Positions 39,058-48,494 of a stretch of DNA of 64,000 nucleotides are shown one piece after another. The notes under the pieces are model-generated. The model worked only from the letters and a program-made list of their open reading frames with translations. It was not told the DNA's origin and ran no database searches. Made by a program: the position numbers and the translations under genes. Location: IMG/VR virus record IMGVR_UViG_3300042397_001782, positions 1-64,000 of that record, one strand, 5' to 3'. The DNA is from a virus. Every line of letters starts with the position of its first letter. Positions within the stretch are counted from its first letter, which is position 1.

Positions 39058-39906
39058 TTAAAAAGGAAGTGCATCATCAAATGCCATATTATTTGACGAG
39101 GAAGCCATTGTTTCTTCAGTGCCTTCTGCCATCAATTCATTTGGGTCAAATTCTTGGAAGTTAGATGTGATTGGGGCAATATTCTTTTTAAATGCAGAAT
39201 ACTCTCCTTTTAGAGCATTGATAATTTTATCAAAGCTTTTAATCCCAGGATAGTCTTTTATGAAAGCTTTGGTATAAATATCCATATCATAATATGTCTT
39301 GCCATTACTTTCACTTGAACGAATACCTACATAAACTTTGATTCCTCTTCCTTCTTCAAATAACGGATTTATGTCAGAATAATCTTGCTTAAACAATTTC
39401 TCTAATGGAAGAAAAATACTTGGAACATCTCCATCTTTCAGAGTGTATTTTGACAACTCAGTTTCCCAGTTTTTCAAGGTTATGAAAAAGTCCACTAAAG
39501 CATCTTCTCCCACCATTGCTTTTCTTTGGTTGTCTCCATAATACCACACTTTGTTTTTATTCATAACAGCAGGGTCTTCATTATAAGAAGTAAGCCCTTG
39601 TCCATTAATGTATTTTTGCTTTCCACTTCTTGAAATATCGGGTCTAGCTTCAAGCCAAAATGTAACCTTTGTTTTTGTGTTTTCAGCTTCAGGAAGAGTT
39701 CCCCAAATATCAATCTTTAATATTCTCACTTGCTTACCATCTATATCTTTTGTAGATAGATATTCAGGGTCTTTTTCCAAATCTTTTCCTAAGAATGAGG
39801 CTAGGGCAGCTTTGTTAGGGTTAATCATACTAGGAATAAAAGTAGATACTCCGTAGAATAGTTTTCTGGTTCCTGAACCAGATGACGTTTTGACATTGTT
39901 GTTCAT
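39058..39906 (-). CDS. Putative single-stranded DNA-binding protein
   Basis: Between the AAA ATPase and primase; acidic tail ending DDALPF. Confidence 0.6.
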   Translation of the reverse strand: MNNNVKTSSGSGTRKLFYGVSTFIPSMINPNKAALASFLGKDLEKDPEYLSTKDIDGKQVRILKIDIWGTLPEAENTKTKVTFWLEARPDISRSGKQKYINGQGLTSYNEDPAVMNKNKVWYYGDNQRKAMVGEDALVDFFITLKNWETELSKYTLKDGDVPSIFLPLEKLFKQDYSDINPLFEEGRGIKVYVGIRSSESNGKTYYDMDIYTKAFIKDYPGIKSFDKIINALKGEYSAFKKNIAPITSNFQEFDPNELMAEGTEETMASSSNNMAFDDALPF

Positions 39907-39948
39907 GTTTAAAAAAATTAAAAATTAAAAAATATTGTTTGTGTGTTA

Positions 39949-40680
39949 TTAAATAAAAATCTTGTCCCAATGAGTCTCTAGCTTATCATCATTTATAAGT
40001 TCTGAGATTTCAAACTCCTTGTTTCTAAGGTGCTTACATCTTGTGCCCCCTACAATTTCTTCAGAGTGGATAAATGAAAGCATATTTACATTTGGTTTTT
40101 CTGTATTTCTATACATATACCCAATTGCATCTACTCTTAGAGCAAGTAAATCTTTCAACTTACCTTCAAGATTCAGCTCTTTAATTGTTTGTCCTGAAGT
40201 AGAAATACTTTTATCCGAAACGTGTCCTACAATAATCAACGTATCACAGAATCTTGTAAAGAATTCCATAATTTTGAATAAGGCTTCTCGTTTATAGACT
40301 TGACCTTTTCCATACTCTAGTCTATCAATATCAAAGTCAGCAGCTTCTGATTTACCTGTATCTTTGTTATAGGTTCTCACTGCTAATTGATTCAATAGTT
40401 TCTCTTTCAAAGAAGTCACCGTATCAAGGGTAATAAACTTGTAATGAGGGGTTTCTTTGTGGAAAAGTTTAGCTAATTCATCAAACTGTTGCAGGGAATC
40501 TATGTTAATCCTCATGGATTCATAGAAATCTGCTCCGTGCTCGAAGTTAATAATCAGGTTATCCTCCAACTCACTGAGTGCGTGGGTTTTCCCTGTCTTT
40601 TTCTGGCTAAAAATAACCATAGTTCTTGGATTGACTACTGAAGGGGCAATCTTCCCTGTTGGCAATGTTAAATTACTCAT
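39949..40680 (-). CDS. AAA_24/Sak4-like ATPase
   Basis: Walker A SQKKTGKT; ITLDTVT; IIVGH. Confidence 0.8.
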   Translation of the reverse strand: MSNLTLPTGKIAPSVVNPRTMVIFSQKKTGKTHALSELEDNLIINFEHGADFYESMRINIDSLQQFDELAKLFHKETPHYKFITLDTVTSLKEKLLNQLAVRTYNKDTGKSEAADFDIDRLEYGKGQVYKREALFKIMEFFTRFCDTLIIVGHVSDKSISTSGQTIKELNLEGKLKDLLALRVDAIGYMYRNTEKPNVNMLSFIHSEEIVGGTRCKHLRNKEFEISELINDDKLETHWDKIFI

Positions 40681-41797
40681 CTTTTAAAATTTTTTGTTTA
40701 TAGGTTAATAATTGGTTTAAATTTTGGGTGTCATCATTTTTTGGCATACTGAAAAAACTAAAGCCTTTAGGGTTGAAAAACAAAGGTTCTGCAACTCCTG
40801 TTCTACCGAATCGGTTTTTACAAATATGAATAGTTCTAAAGCATTCTTCAAAGCCATCTACTCTATCAGAAGCTAAAATCGGATACTTATAGTAATTTGT
40901 CATTTTGTGCTTATAAGGAGAAAATAATCCTAAGATAACTTGGTAAGATCTTGCTACCTTTATATTATCTCCTAATTTCTGAGGCTCAGGCTCAAGCTTA
41001 CCTGCTTTATAGTGGTTTAGGTCCCCTGCTGCCATTTGTTGCTGTTGTACACAACATACATGCCATTTCCAATGCTTTGTAACTTGCTTTCTCATATAAG
41101 TATTCACAAGTCTATCTATACATCCTGACAAATCAAGCGACATTCCTAATTCATTTTTTTCTAATTCCAAAATGTTTACGTTATCTATAACTACTGCCAC
41201 TATTTCATTAGGGTCGTTTTGAGTGTAATGACTGTAAATATTAATCACTTTCCCCCCACCCAATTGTTTTTCTTTATAATGGTGCTCACCAATTTCTTTT
41301 GAATACTCTTGACAAGTTTTATAAATACCTGTAGCATGGCCAGTTTGATCGTCAAATTTGGTGAAAGATTTTACAGTGTCGAAATACCTTTGAACAGGAT
41401 CTGATTTTATCATAGCAATTACTTCTTCCGAAATAGGCTCTATCCTGCTTAATAATTCATCTTGTGTACAATGTTTATTGAAATATTTAGAGATGGCATA
41501 TTGTAGTACACTAATATCAAATTCTTCCTCAGACTCTTCTAATCCAAACCATATACATTTATATTTAAAAGACTTAAACGCAGGGTCATCTAAAATATAA
41601 TCAGCAACACTAAATAAATATAAGTACTTGGCCAAAGAAGTTTTACCTACAGAGGTTTCAGCAGTAACACACACAAGTGCCCCTGGAAATATACCACTAA
41701 AGGATTTTCTTGTTCCGTTGAATGGCATAGGAATACTATTAATATGTCCTAGTATTAATGAATCCCTGCTCTCTTCTATTACTTTTAAAATATCCAT
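40673..41797 (-). CDS. DnaB-like replicative helicase
   Basis: AETSVGKT, FGLEE, VVIDN, QQ, KNRFG. Confidence 0.85.
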   Translation of the reverse strand: MDILKVIEESRDSLILGHINSIPMPFNGTRKSFSGIFPGALVCVTAETSVGKTSLAKYLYLFSVADYILDDPAFKSFKYKCIWFGLEESEEEFDISVLQYAISKYFNKHCTQDELLSRIEPISEEVIAMIKSDPVQRYFDTVKSFTKFDDQTGHATGIYKTCQEYSKEIGEHHYKEKQLGGGKVINIYSHYTQNDPNEIVAVVIDNVNILELEKNELGMSLDLSGCIDRLVNTYMRKQVTKHWKWHVCCVQQQQMAAGDLNHYKAGKLEPEPQKLGDNIKVARSYQVILGLFSPYKHKMTNYYKYPILASDRVDGFEECFRTIHICKNRFGRTGVAEPLFFNPKGFSFFSMPKNDDTQNLNQLLTYKQKILKDE

Positions 41798-42291
41798 TAA
41801 AATACGAGTTTATCTTGGTCACTAAATATTCCTTCTTTCATTTCATTAATAGTATCTAACAATAAGCTGCCTCCCTCTTTCTCAATAAAATATTGAGCAT
41901 CCAATGTATAACGAATATCGTCAGCATTTTGATGGTAATAGTTAACAGCGTCTAGAATTTCTTCACTAGAAACTTTATACTTTTTCATAAATGATTCTAA
42001 CTTAGTTATAACTTTATTTTTAGGACTAAATGCTTTTTTATTTATTCCTTGTAAATTTTGTTTACTAAATAATATCATATATTCATCTAAGAATTGTTCA
42101 GAAACAAGAGGTTGATATTTTTCTCCATTAAGAATAGCTTGACCAAACTCTGTTATTTCAAAATCTAAAGGATTATTAGTATTTATTTTTGTAAGATGTA
42201 TATTTCTAATAAACCCTTTCTTTATTAAGTATTGGATAATGTTTAATTGGGGAAGATTAATAGCTAATTTTCCCATTTCTTCGTAACTCAT
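41797..42291 (-). CDS. Hypothetical replication-module protein
   Basis: 164 aa, coupled to the helicase; wHTH-like N-terminus. Confidence 0.55.
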   Translation of the reverse strand: MSYEEMGKLAINLPQLNIIQYLIKKGFIRNIHLTKINTNNPLDFEITEFGQAILNGEKYQPLVSEQFLDEYMILFSKQNLQGINKKAFSPKNKVITKLESFMKKYKVSSEEILDAVNYYHQNADDIRYTLDAQYFIEKEGGSLLLDTINEMKEGIFSDQDKLVF

Positions 42292-42317
42292 ATTCCCTTT
42301 GTTTTAAAAAACTTCTG

Positions 42318-42325
42318 CAAAATTA
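42318..42325 (-). promoter_or_regulatory. Bacteroidota -7 promoter element
   Basis: TAATTTTG(CA). Confidence 0.55.
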
Positions 42326-42336
42326 ATATATTTTTT

Positions 42337-42759
42337 TCAAATGTCAAGCGTTATTTTACTTTTTTCTGTAAATTTTTTGTGACAATCTTTACAAAGCACC
42401 TCTAGCTTGCTTATATCCTCTACAAATAGCCTGTCGTGGAATGGTTTTATTTCGGAGTAATCCCTTAAACTACCACAGGGCTCAATGTGATTTACTTCTA
42501 CATCTTTTTTTAAGAACATTTTTTTACAATGATTGCATTGCCATTTTTTTAACAAGGCAGAATAAGCCCTTTTAAGTATCTCTTTTCTAAAAGGACAAGA
42601 GTATAACCACCTCTGTCTTAAAAAAGCTCTAATGGCACCAAAAAAAGCTGATTTGGTCATTGTACCTCCACAATATTCTCTCACTACTCTAGGATTAACT
42701 ACCTTTTTCTTTTTTCTAGGAGTTGTGGTGTTGGATTTTTTTACTGTCTTTCTTCTCAT
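42337..42759 (-). CDS. HNH endonuclease
   Basis: CNHC...VEVNHIEP...LEVLCKDCH. Confidence 0.85.
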   Translation of the reverse strand: MRRKTVKKSNTTTPRKKKKVVNPRVVREYCGGTMTKSAFFGAIRAFLRQRWLYSCPFRKEILKRAYSALLKKWQCNHCKKMFLKKDVEVNHIEPCGSLRDYSEIKPFHDRLFVEDISKLEVLCKDCHKKFTEKSKITLDI

Positions 42760-42774
42760 AACTTTAAATTTAAT

Positions 42775-44805
42775 TTATTTGGCTTCATACCATGATTTTC
42801 CAATATTACTTTCAGCACTCATAAATAGTGTAGGGTTGGTGAGAAATATATTACCCCCCTCTATCATACTCTTTTCCAGTATTCTAGCATATTTTTCTGA
42901 TAGGTGAGTCTCAGTCTCCAAAACTATCTCATCATGGATTACATTAGCTATTCTCGCTTTCCAATAGTCATTGTTTTTTTCAATTTCATTGAATAACAAC
43001 ACTGAAGCCATTTTAGTTTGATGGGCAGCAGTGCCTTGTGTGGGAGCATTTAAGCATAGTCTCATATATTGAGATTTTAAACTGAAATAGTCTTTCATCA
43101 TTAGTTTATTAGCATTAAAGCAATTGTAAGCCCCCATATCTGATATTACATACGAACTCCCTTTATCTTTAGCTTTCTCAAATTTCAGATTTTCTTGCTT
43201 ACCCACTCTATATTTATTCCAAAAATCTCTACCCATATTTGAAATCTTCTCATCAAGGTCTTTGAAAATATCAAACATTGGTAGCTTTAATTTAAATCCC
43301 ATTGCATATTGAATATACCCAAATTCTAAAGCTTCCTTTAGCTTATTTTCCCCATAAGAGTACACTCCATTATGTAATTCTTTGAATAATTTTTCAATAC
43401 GTTCTCCTTCCTCTATAGATAATCCTTCATTCTCTGCTAAAGTAAACCCAGTGCCTCCAAATTGGAAACAAAACCTAGGTGCTTTAGAAGCATTTCGCTT
43501 GGCTTTATGGGTTTTAATAATTTCTTCGTCAGAAAGATCTAATAATTCAGGGTAGAGAACTCTAGCAAAGGCACAGTGTAAGTCCTTTCCTTCCACTATA
43601 GAAGAAATCATGGCTTGGTCTCCAGTAATATCAGCCCCTACAACTGTTTCTTGCCCTGCGTAGTCAGCTACGATAATGTCAAACCCTTCATTTGCCACGA
43701 AACATTCTCTTGTTTCTTTGTTAGAGGGAAAATTTAAAAAGTTTATCTCTCCCTTTCTTGAAGATAGTCTAGCAGTGTCTACTATCGGTTTGAAGTGGGT
43801 GTATATTCTTCCATCCCTTATTTTAGAATAAATACCCTCTCCAAAAGTAGTTACATTATGCTCCACTTCTTTATATTTAAGCCACATTTTTACAAACTCA
43901 TGATTTGACTTAGCTATAACTCCTTTTTCTAAACTTTCTTTTATCTCTCCTTTTTCTTTATAAGTGACATTTATACCTAAATCTTTAAACACTTCTATCA
44001 TTTGTTTAGGAGAACTTAATAGGCAATTTACTTTCCTTTCGTTGCTAAACATATCCATCTGTAAAACTCTATATTTAGGCAGGGTGTCAAAAATATAATC
44101 AATTATTTCTCTCTCACATTTTTTGTATTGGGAATAATCTTTATCCATTTTTGCTTTCCACCTATCCTTTGATATTGGAAGTCCGCATAACTCCATATAT
44201 GTAAGTGCCCTGATATGTCTACAATGCAATTTATAAGAATCTATTGCTTCATAATCTTTTAATTTAATCACTAAATCATTGTGTAACTCTAATAGTCTAT
44301 CAACATCATTAAAGCAATATTGAATTGTGGATGGCTGCGATAACTGAACTCTAGCAATATTAGCTTGTTCTGTTTTGTCGTATATAACCCCAAGCTCTCT
44401 TTGCATACAATTCTTAAAAGAATGTGATACTCCGAATTCTCCATTGTGTAGAATCATAGATGCCAACATCGTATCTCCCACTTTTTTAGGGAAGTAATTC
44501 TTGATAAAGAAGAAACTCAAATCGAAGGCACTATTATGAAATATCATAACCTTATCCAATATAAAAGGCATAACTTCCTCTAAATTAATTATATTCTCTT
44601 TATGTGTCTGCAAATCAATTAGATAATTATTTGTCCCTGTTCCTATTTGAATGGCAAAAATTTCTCCTTCAAAAGCAGAGAGGGAAGTAGTCTCTGTATC
44701 TACCGCTATTATTTCAGGAAGCACCATGTCTTCAAGATTACAGTAACTATACTCCCCTATTTTTTGGAAAAAGGATTTGTTTTTTGTGATTATGTGGTTT
44801 GTCAT
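42775..44805 (-). CDS. polA: Family A DNA polymerase with 3'-5' exonuclease
   Basis: DTET, HNSAFD, YCFND; TARLSS; ADYAGQE; R...K...F motif B; NAPTQG; IHDE. Confidence 0.95.
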   Translation of the reverse strand: MTNHIITKNKSFFQKIGEYSYCNLEDMVLPEIIAVDTETTSLSAFEGEIFAIQIGTGTNNYLIDLQTHKENIINLEEVMPFILDKVMIFHNSAFDLSFFFIKNYFPKKVGDTMLASMILHNGEFGVSHSFKNCMQRELGVIYDKTEQANIARVQLSQPSTIQYCFNDVDRLLELHNDLVIKLKDYEAIDSYKLHCRHIRALTYMELCGLPISKDRWKAKMDKDYSQYKKCEREIIDYIFDTLPKYRVLQMDMFSNERKVNCLLSSPKQMIEVFKDLGINVTYKEKGEIKESLEKGVIAKSNHEFVKMWLKYKEVEHNVTTFGEGIYSKIRDGRIYTHFKPIVDTARLSSRKGEINFLNFPSNKETRECFVANEGFDIIVADYAGQETVVGADITGDQAMISSIVEGKDLHCAFARVLYPELLDLSDEEIIKTHKAKRNASKAPRFCFQFGGTGFTLAENEGLSIEEGERIEKLFKELHNGVYSYGENKLKEALEFGYIQYAMGFKLKLPMFDIFKDLDEKISNMGRDFWNKYRVGKQENLKFEKAKDKGSSYVISDMGAYNCFNANKLMMKDYFSLKSQYMRLCLNAPTQGTAAHQTKMASVLLFNEIEKNNDYWKARIANVIHDEIVLETETHLSEKYARILEKSMIEGGNIFLTNPTLFMSAESNIGKSWYEAK

Positions 44806-45681
44806 TTAGAAAAAAGTTAAGCTATCTTCTTCAGGGATTTCTTGCCAATCATTTTCAATGTACTTGTCAATCTTATCCAAAGTTTCTTCTAAAATACGTT
44901 TACCTTCCATCTCGTCTTTATAAGATAGGGGGTATACCAGCACACTATCTACTTTGGTAGAATTGCATACCACCCAATGAAAAGTTTTTAGCACATAATG
45001 GTTCAAATCATTTTTCTCCATCCAGTCTTCCACCCCTTTTGTATACAAAGCCCCCTGTAAGTGATACAAATATTTTTGCACACTATCAGGAAATTTCGGA
45101 GGGTAGCTGCTGGATTTCAAATCAGTGATAATAATCTCTTGTCTATCATGATCCACTTTTAAATAATCTGTCTTTATAAAAAAGTTATATCCTCTGTATT
45201 GAAAACTCCACTCAAACTGAGCCTTACCATTACTGAATAAATAGGTGGCTTCTCTATCTTTTAGCACATTATTGGCAATAGAGGTTCCTAATTCAAAATT
45301 AGGTTTTAGAAACTTACCTTTTGGATTTTTTGCATATTCAATATATTCAGGAAACTCCAGAACGGATTCTTTTATTTTCTCAAAATTCTTAGATTTCACA
45401 TCTAATATACCACAAACCTTTTCTAAGTTTTCCGCAGAGAGGTCGTAGTTATACTCCTCTGTAAAAATATTTTCAATAATAGCCTTAATTTGAGGCTTTG
45501 GGATAGGAATATCTATAATAGTTTCAGTGATAGGCTCATCAAAAACTATCTTATCTATAATAGACCCTTTCTCTAAAGCATTGTTTCTTTTGTATACAGG
45601 GTTTAAAAATCCTTGTACTCCTTCTTTTATAAGTCTAGTGAGAGAACTATAACTTAATCTGTCTTTTTCTTTATTAAACAT
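44806..45681 (-). CDS. PD-(D/E)XK exonuclease
   Basis: LSYSSL; KTD...ITDLKS...YHLQGALY. Confidence 0.8.
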   Translation of the reverse strand: MFNKEKDRLSYSSLTRLIKEGVQGFLNPVYKRNNALEKGSIIDKIVFDEPITETIIDIPIPKPQIKAIIENIFTEEYNYDLSAENLEKVCGILDVKSKNFEKIKESVLEFPEYIEYAKNPKGKFLKPNFELGTSIANNVLKDREATYLFSNGKAQFEWSFQYRGYNFFIKTDYLKVDHDRQEIIITDLKSSSYPPKFPDSVQKYLYHLQGALYTKGVEDWMEKNDLNHYVLKTFHWVVCNSTKVDSVLVYPLSYKDEMEGKRILEETLDKIDKYIENDWQEIPEEDSLTFF

Positions 45682-45701
45682 AATTATTATTTTTTTAGGT
45701 G

Positions 45702-45709
45702 CAAATGTA
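45702..45709 (-). promoter_or_regulatory. Bacteroidota -7 promoter element
   Basis: TACATTTG(CA). Confidence 0.6.
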
Positions 45710-45720
45710 TTATTTTTTTT

Positions 45721-45903
45721 TCAAAATGGGCAATATTCTTTTTTGCTTTTTTCTTTAAGGTCATCATAATCACGCTCTATTTTTTCTTTGATTGCATTCC
45801 TAACAAACTGCGAAACATTTACGTTATATCCTTTTAATTTATCTAAGGTTTGCTTTTGCTCTTTTGATATTCTTATGTTTAATATTTCGGTATTTATTGG
45901 CAT
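45721..45903 (-). CDS. Ribbon-helix-helix DNA-binding protein
   Basis: LNIRISKEQKQTL...NVSQFVRNAIKEKI. Confidence 0.7.
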   Translation of the reverse strand: MPINTEILNIRISKEQKQTLDKLKGYNVNVSQFVRNAIKEKIERDYDDLKEKSKKEYCPF

Positions 45904-45945
45904 TTAAGTTTAATTTGTGTTACAAAAATTTCGTAAAGCATCGAG

Positions 45946-46179
45946 TTAGTGATAATATTTCTTTAAGTAGTCAAAAAGTTGTTGTCCTTCTTCAATGTAT
46001 ATCGTATTGAAAGTTCCATTACTTTTTGTTGTTTTTATACTTATATTAGTTTCACCAACTTTTACCCTAACTTTTTCGTAATCCTTCGTTTCAAAAGAAA
46101 TACTATCACTAACATCAGATATATGTAATTTTTCATTACTCTTATCTAAGTTTTGTTCTAAATTTTTACTTTCTCCCAT
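45946..46179 (-). CDS. Cassette 1 hypothetical protein
   Basis: 77 aa; stop is the TTA of the core site; LHISDVSDS is the translated hairpin arm. Confidence 0.65.
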   Translation of the reverse strand: MGESKNLEQNLDKSNEKLHISDVSDSISFETKDYEKVRVKVGETNISIKTTKSNGTFNTIYIEEGQQLFDYLKKYYH

Positions 46180-46226
46180 TTTATTAAATTTTGTGTTAAA
46201 ACTACATATATCTGTGACCGTTAGCG
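46107..46226 (+). repeat. attC-like site A (120 bp)
   Basis: cactaac..cagatatatgta / tacatatatctg..gttagcg. Confidence 0.8.
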
Positions 46227-46922
46227 GTTATTCTGAAAGAACGCCTCTGCAAATCCTGCAGAACACATTGAACGAATATCCGCATCACATTTTATTTTAT
46301 CTTTTGCCCATTGCATTTCGGGAATCAAATCCACCGCTGACTTATGTAAAAATGCAAGTGCAGGTTTTGGTCTTCCTGGTCTTATATAAAGTTTATCGTT
46401 TTTAGGCACTTTATTCCAATCAGTATATTTCTTTTCAGGTATATTAAATTCTCCCCATAAAGCCGTTTTTTTAGTCCAAGGGCTTCCGTATTCCCAAGGT
46501 TGATAAACAAGTTTAGGTTTACCTAAAAACTCTTTTAATCTACCATTTGCTGGATTTTCAATTACCCACCATTTAGGTTTTGCTTCTTTAATAATTCGTA
46601 AACAATGATTTACTAAAAACATTCCTTTTTCTAAATCGTTTTGTTTATGAAATCCATTTGCGGTTGAAAATTCAGTACACACAGGATTTGCAATTATACC
46701 ATAAACATTTGGCGGTGGGTTATAATTTTCTACACCTATTTCTTCGCCTATCATTATAACTTCGTATTCATCAGATAATTGGTAAAATAAACTATCACTA
46801 CCTAAATCAGCACATAAGTGAAGTATAATTTTAGGAGAAGAACAACCGCTAACACTGCATATACGCAATGTGGGGTTTAGTGCTTCAACAACGTTTTCGT
46901 TTTCAAATAAACTTTTCTGCAT
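46221..46922 (-). CDS. Cassette 2: divergent DNA cytosine-5 methyltransferase-like protein
   Basis: ILHLCADLGS (motif I variant), ANPVCTEFS (motif IV variant), IENP, KKT.LWG. Confidence 0.7.
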   Translation of the reverse strand: MQKSLFENENVVEALNPTLRICSVSGCSSPKIILHLCADLGSDSLFYQLSDEYEVIMIGEEIGVENYNPPPNVYGIIANPVCTEFSTANGFHKQNDLEKGMFLVNHCLRIIKEAKPKWWVIENPANGRLKEFLGKPKLVYQPWEYGSPWTKKTALWGEFNIPEKKYTDWNKVPKNDKLYIRPGRPKPALAFLHKSAVDLIPEMQWAKDKIKCDADIRSMCSAGFAEAFFQNNR

Positions 46923-46977
46923 AATTTAAAATTTAGTTTTCATAATCCCACACTGCGTATATGCTTTTACGTTATAG
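46847..46977 (+). repeat. attC-like site B (131 bp)
   Basis: cgctaac..gcatatacgca-a-tgtggg / cccaca-c-tgcgtatatgc..gttatag. Confidence 0.85.
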
Positions 46978-47010
46978 GTAAGTGCTACAACCATTCTTCG
47001 ATTAAACATT

Positions 47011-48120
47011 TTAGTTAGAAAAATCATTAAAAATTTCCCCTCCTTTTAAAAAAGAAAAAATATGAGCAATCACATCTACTGTCCAGCCATCACCCAAAAG
47101 ACAAGCTGCATCGTTTCTTTTTAAAATTCTTGTATATCCTTCGGGAACGGTTTGTAATCTTTCTAATTCTGTTTGTGTAAAGTATCTCAAATCACCATCT
47201 TGAAAAACAAAGTATTGGTTATTTCTTAAAAGGCAATTTGATTTATCTTTCATTGATCTACCTCTTCTTGTTTCGCTTGTTGGATAACTCAAATCAACTG
47301 CTTCATTATTTCCAATATCTACAAATCCAATTTTAGTAGCTTCTTTTACTCTTAAAAATGTTTCTTTGTCTTTTGCCACAAGCGTAATAAATCCTTTTTC
47401 TAAAAATCTATGAGCCATTTTGTGTTGGCTTTTTAATGGTCTGCTTTCACTTTCTAAAATGCAAACACTTTTTTTCCTATCTGTATATCCACTTTCAAGT
47501 ATATCCTGCAATTTTATTTTTTTGTCTTTTGGCTGTGGTATTTTGCAATATCTAAATCCAAATAAATCAAAATCTTCCGGACCTATATTTGTCCAATAAA
47601 ATCTATTCCTCATTTGTGCTGAAACTAATTCGCTGTTTATGTTTACAGGATATGTTCCTAAATATTGGCTTATTAATTCCATATCCTTATCAGTCATTGA
47701 TACATTTTCAAGTAAAAAATATTTTGGTTTGCATTCTTTTAGCAATCTCAAGTATTCAAAAAATAAACCGCTTTTTGCACCTTCAAGTCCTTTACGTTCT
47801 TTATTTGCAAGACTAAAATCTTGACAAGGACTTCCACCTATCAATAAATCAATTTGTGGTAAATCACTTGCTTTTACATCTAATACGCTACCTAATTGTA
47901 TTGTATTTGGAAAATTGTGTTGAGTTACTTTTATTGCGTGTGGTTTTATTTCACTTGCAAAGTATTGATTAACTTTTATTCCTGCCTTTTGTAAAGCTAA
48001 TTGACCACAAGACATACCATCGAAAAGAGATAGTACATTTAAACCCGTACTGCCTGTAACAGGTGTTTGGCAAAAGCTGGGCTTCTGTGCTAAATCAAAG
48101 TTTGTACTTTCTATAATCAT
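47011..48120 (-). CDS. Cassette 3: DNA cytosine-5 methyltransferase
   Basis: LSLFDGMSCG, GGSPCQD, LLENV, Q.R.R.YW, ERLQT, LGDGW. Confidence 0.92.
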   Translation of the reverse strand: MIIESTNFDLAQKPSFCQTPVTGSTGLNVLSLFDGMSCGQLALQKAGIKVNQYFASEIKPHAIKVTQHNFPNTIQLGSVLDVKASDLPQIDLLIGGSPCQDFSLANKERKGLEGAKSGLFFEYLRLLKECKPKYFLLENVSMTDKDMELISQYLGTYPVNINSELVSAQMRNRFYWTNIGPEDFDLFGFRYCKIPQPKDKKIKLQDILESGYTDRKKSVCILESESRPLKSQHKMAHRFLEKGFITLVAKDKETFLRVKEATKIGFVDIGNNEAVDLSYPTSETRRGRSMKDKSNCLLRNNQYFVFQDGDLRYFTQTELERLQTVPEGYTRILKRNDAACLLGDGWTVDVIAHIFSFLKGGEIFNDFSN

Positions 48121-48199
48121 TTGTTTTAAATTTAAAGTTTAGTTCTTTGGTTAAGCATTTGTAGTAGCCACGCCTTCGCCAAGCCCGAAACCGTTATGC
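48054..48199 (+). repeat. attC-like site C (146 bp)
   Basis: ctgtaac..ttggcaaaagc..ggct / agcc..gccttcgccaa..gttatgc (imperfect arms). Confidence 0.7.
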
Positions 48200-48460
48200 A
48201 CTAGCTTTATTCAATGACTTTAAATTGTACTGCTCTGGCATTTTTTTTGCCTTTACTAACTTATAATACCATATCGCAACGCCATCTTTGTACCCCTCTA
48301 AAATAGTGTCTATTTTCCATTCAAATGAACGTCTTAGTGCCATTACCCTCGCTCCTACGTTGTTTGCTTTACATTTTTTTTTCATGTCATGAATGTAGCT
48401 TTTTTTGTTTTCCTTTAGATACGCTGCTACTAAGTAAGTAGAATTTAATTGCTTTTTCAT
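48194..48460 (-). CDS. Small wHTH-like protein
   Basis: NVGARVMALRR...I.T...Y.L; stop coincides with the last GTTA core. Confidence 0.55.
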   Translation of the reverse strand: MKKQLNSTYLVAAYLKENKKSYIHDMKKKCKANNVGARVMALRRSFEWKIDTILEGYKDGVAIWYYKLVKAKKMPEQYNLKSLNKASA

Positions 48461-48494
48461 TCTTTTAGTTTTTAGTTGGTTAATTTATTGGAAA

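Larger units (their letters stand above)
45945..48199 (+). mobile_element. Integron-like array of three gene cassettes (45946-46220, 46221-46971, 46972-48193)
   Basis: Four GTTA core sites, three TAAC inverse cores and inverted-repeat arms; each inverse core complements the start of its own cassette. Confidence 0.8.

Noticed and set aside
40320-40345. DFDID string resembling the crAss RNAP catalytic motif
   Set aside because: It lies inside a 243 aa AAA ATPase with Walker motifs, so it is coincidental
45799-45948. Fourth complete attC-like site using ctaac at about 45800
   Set aside because: Only a weak tgcgaaa/tttcgta match with wrong spacing; treated as an unpaired core
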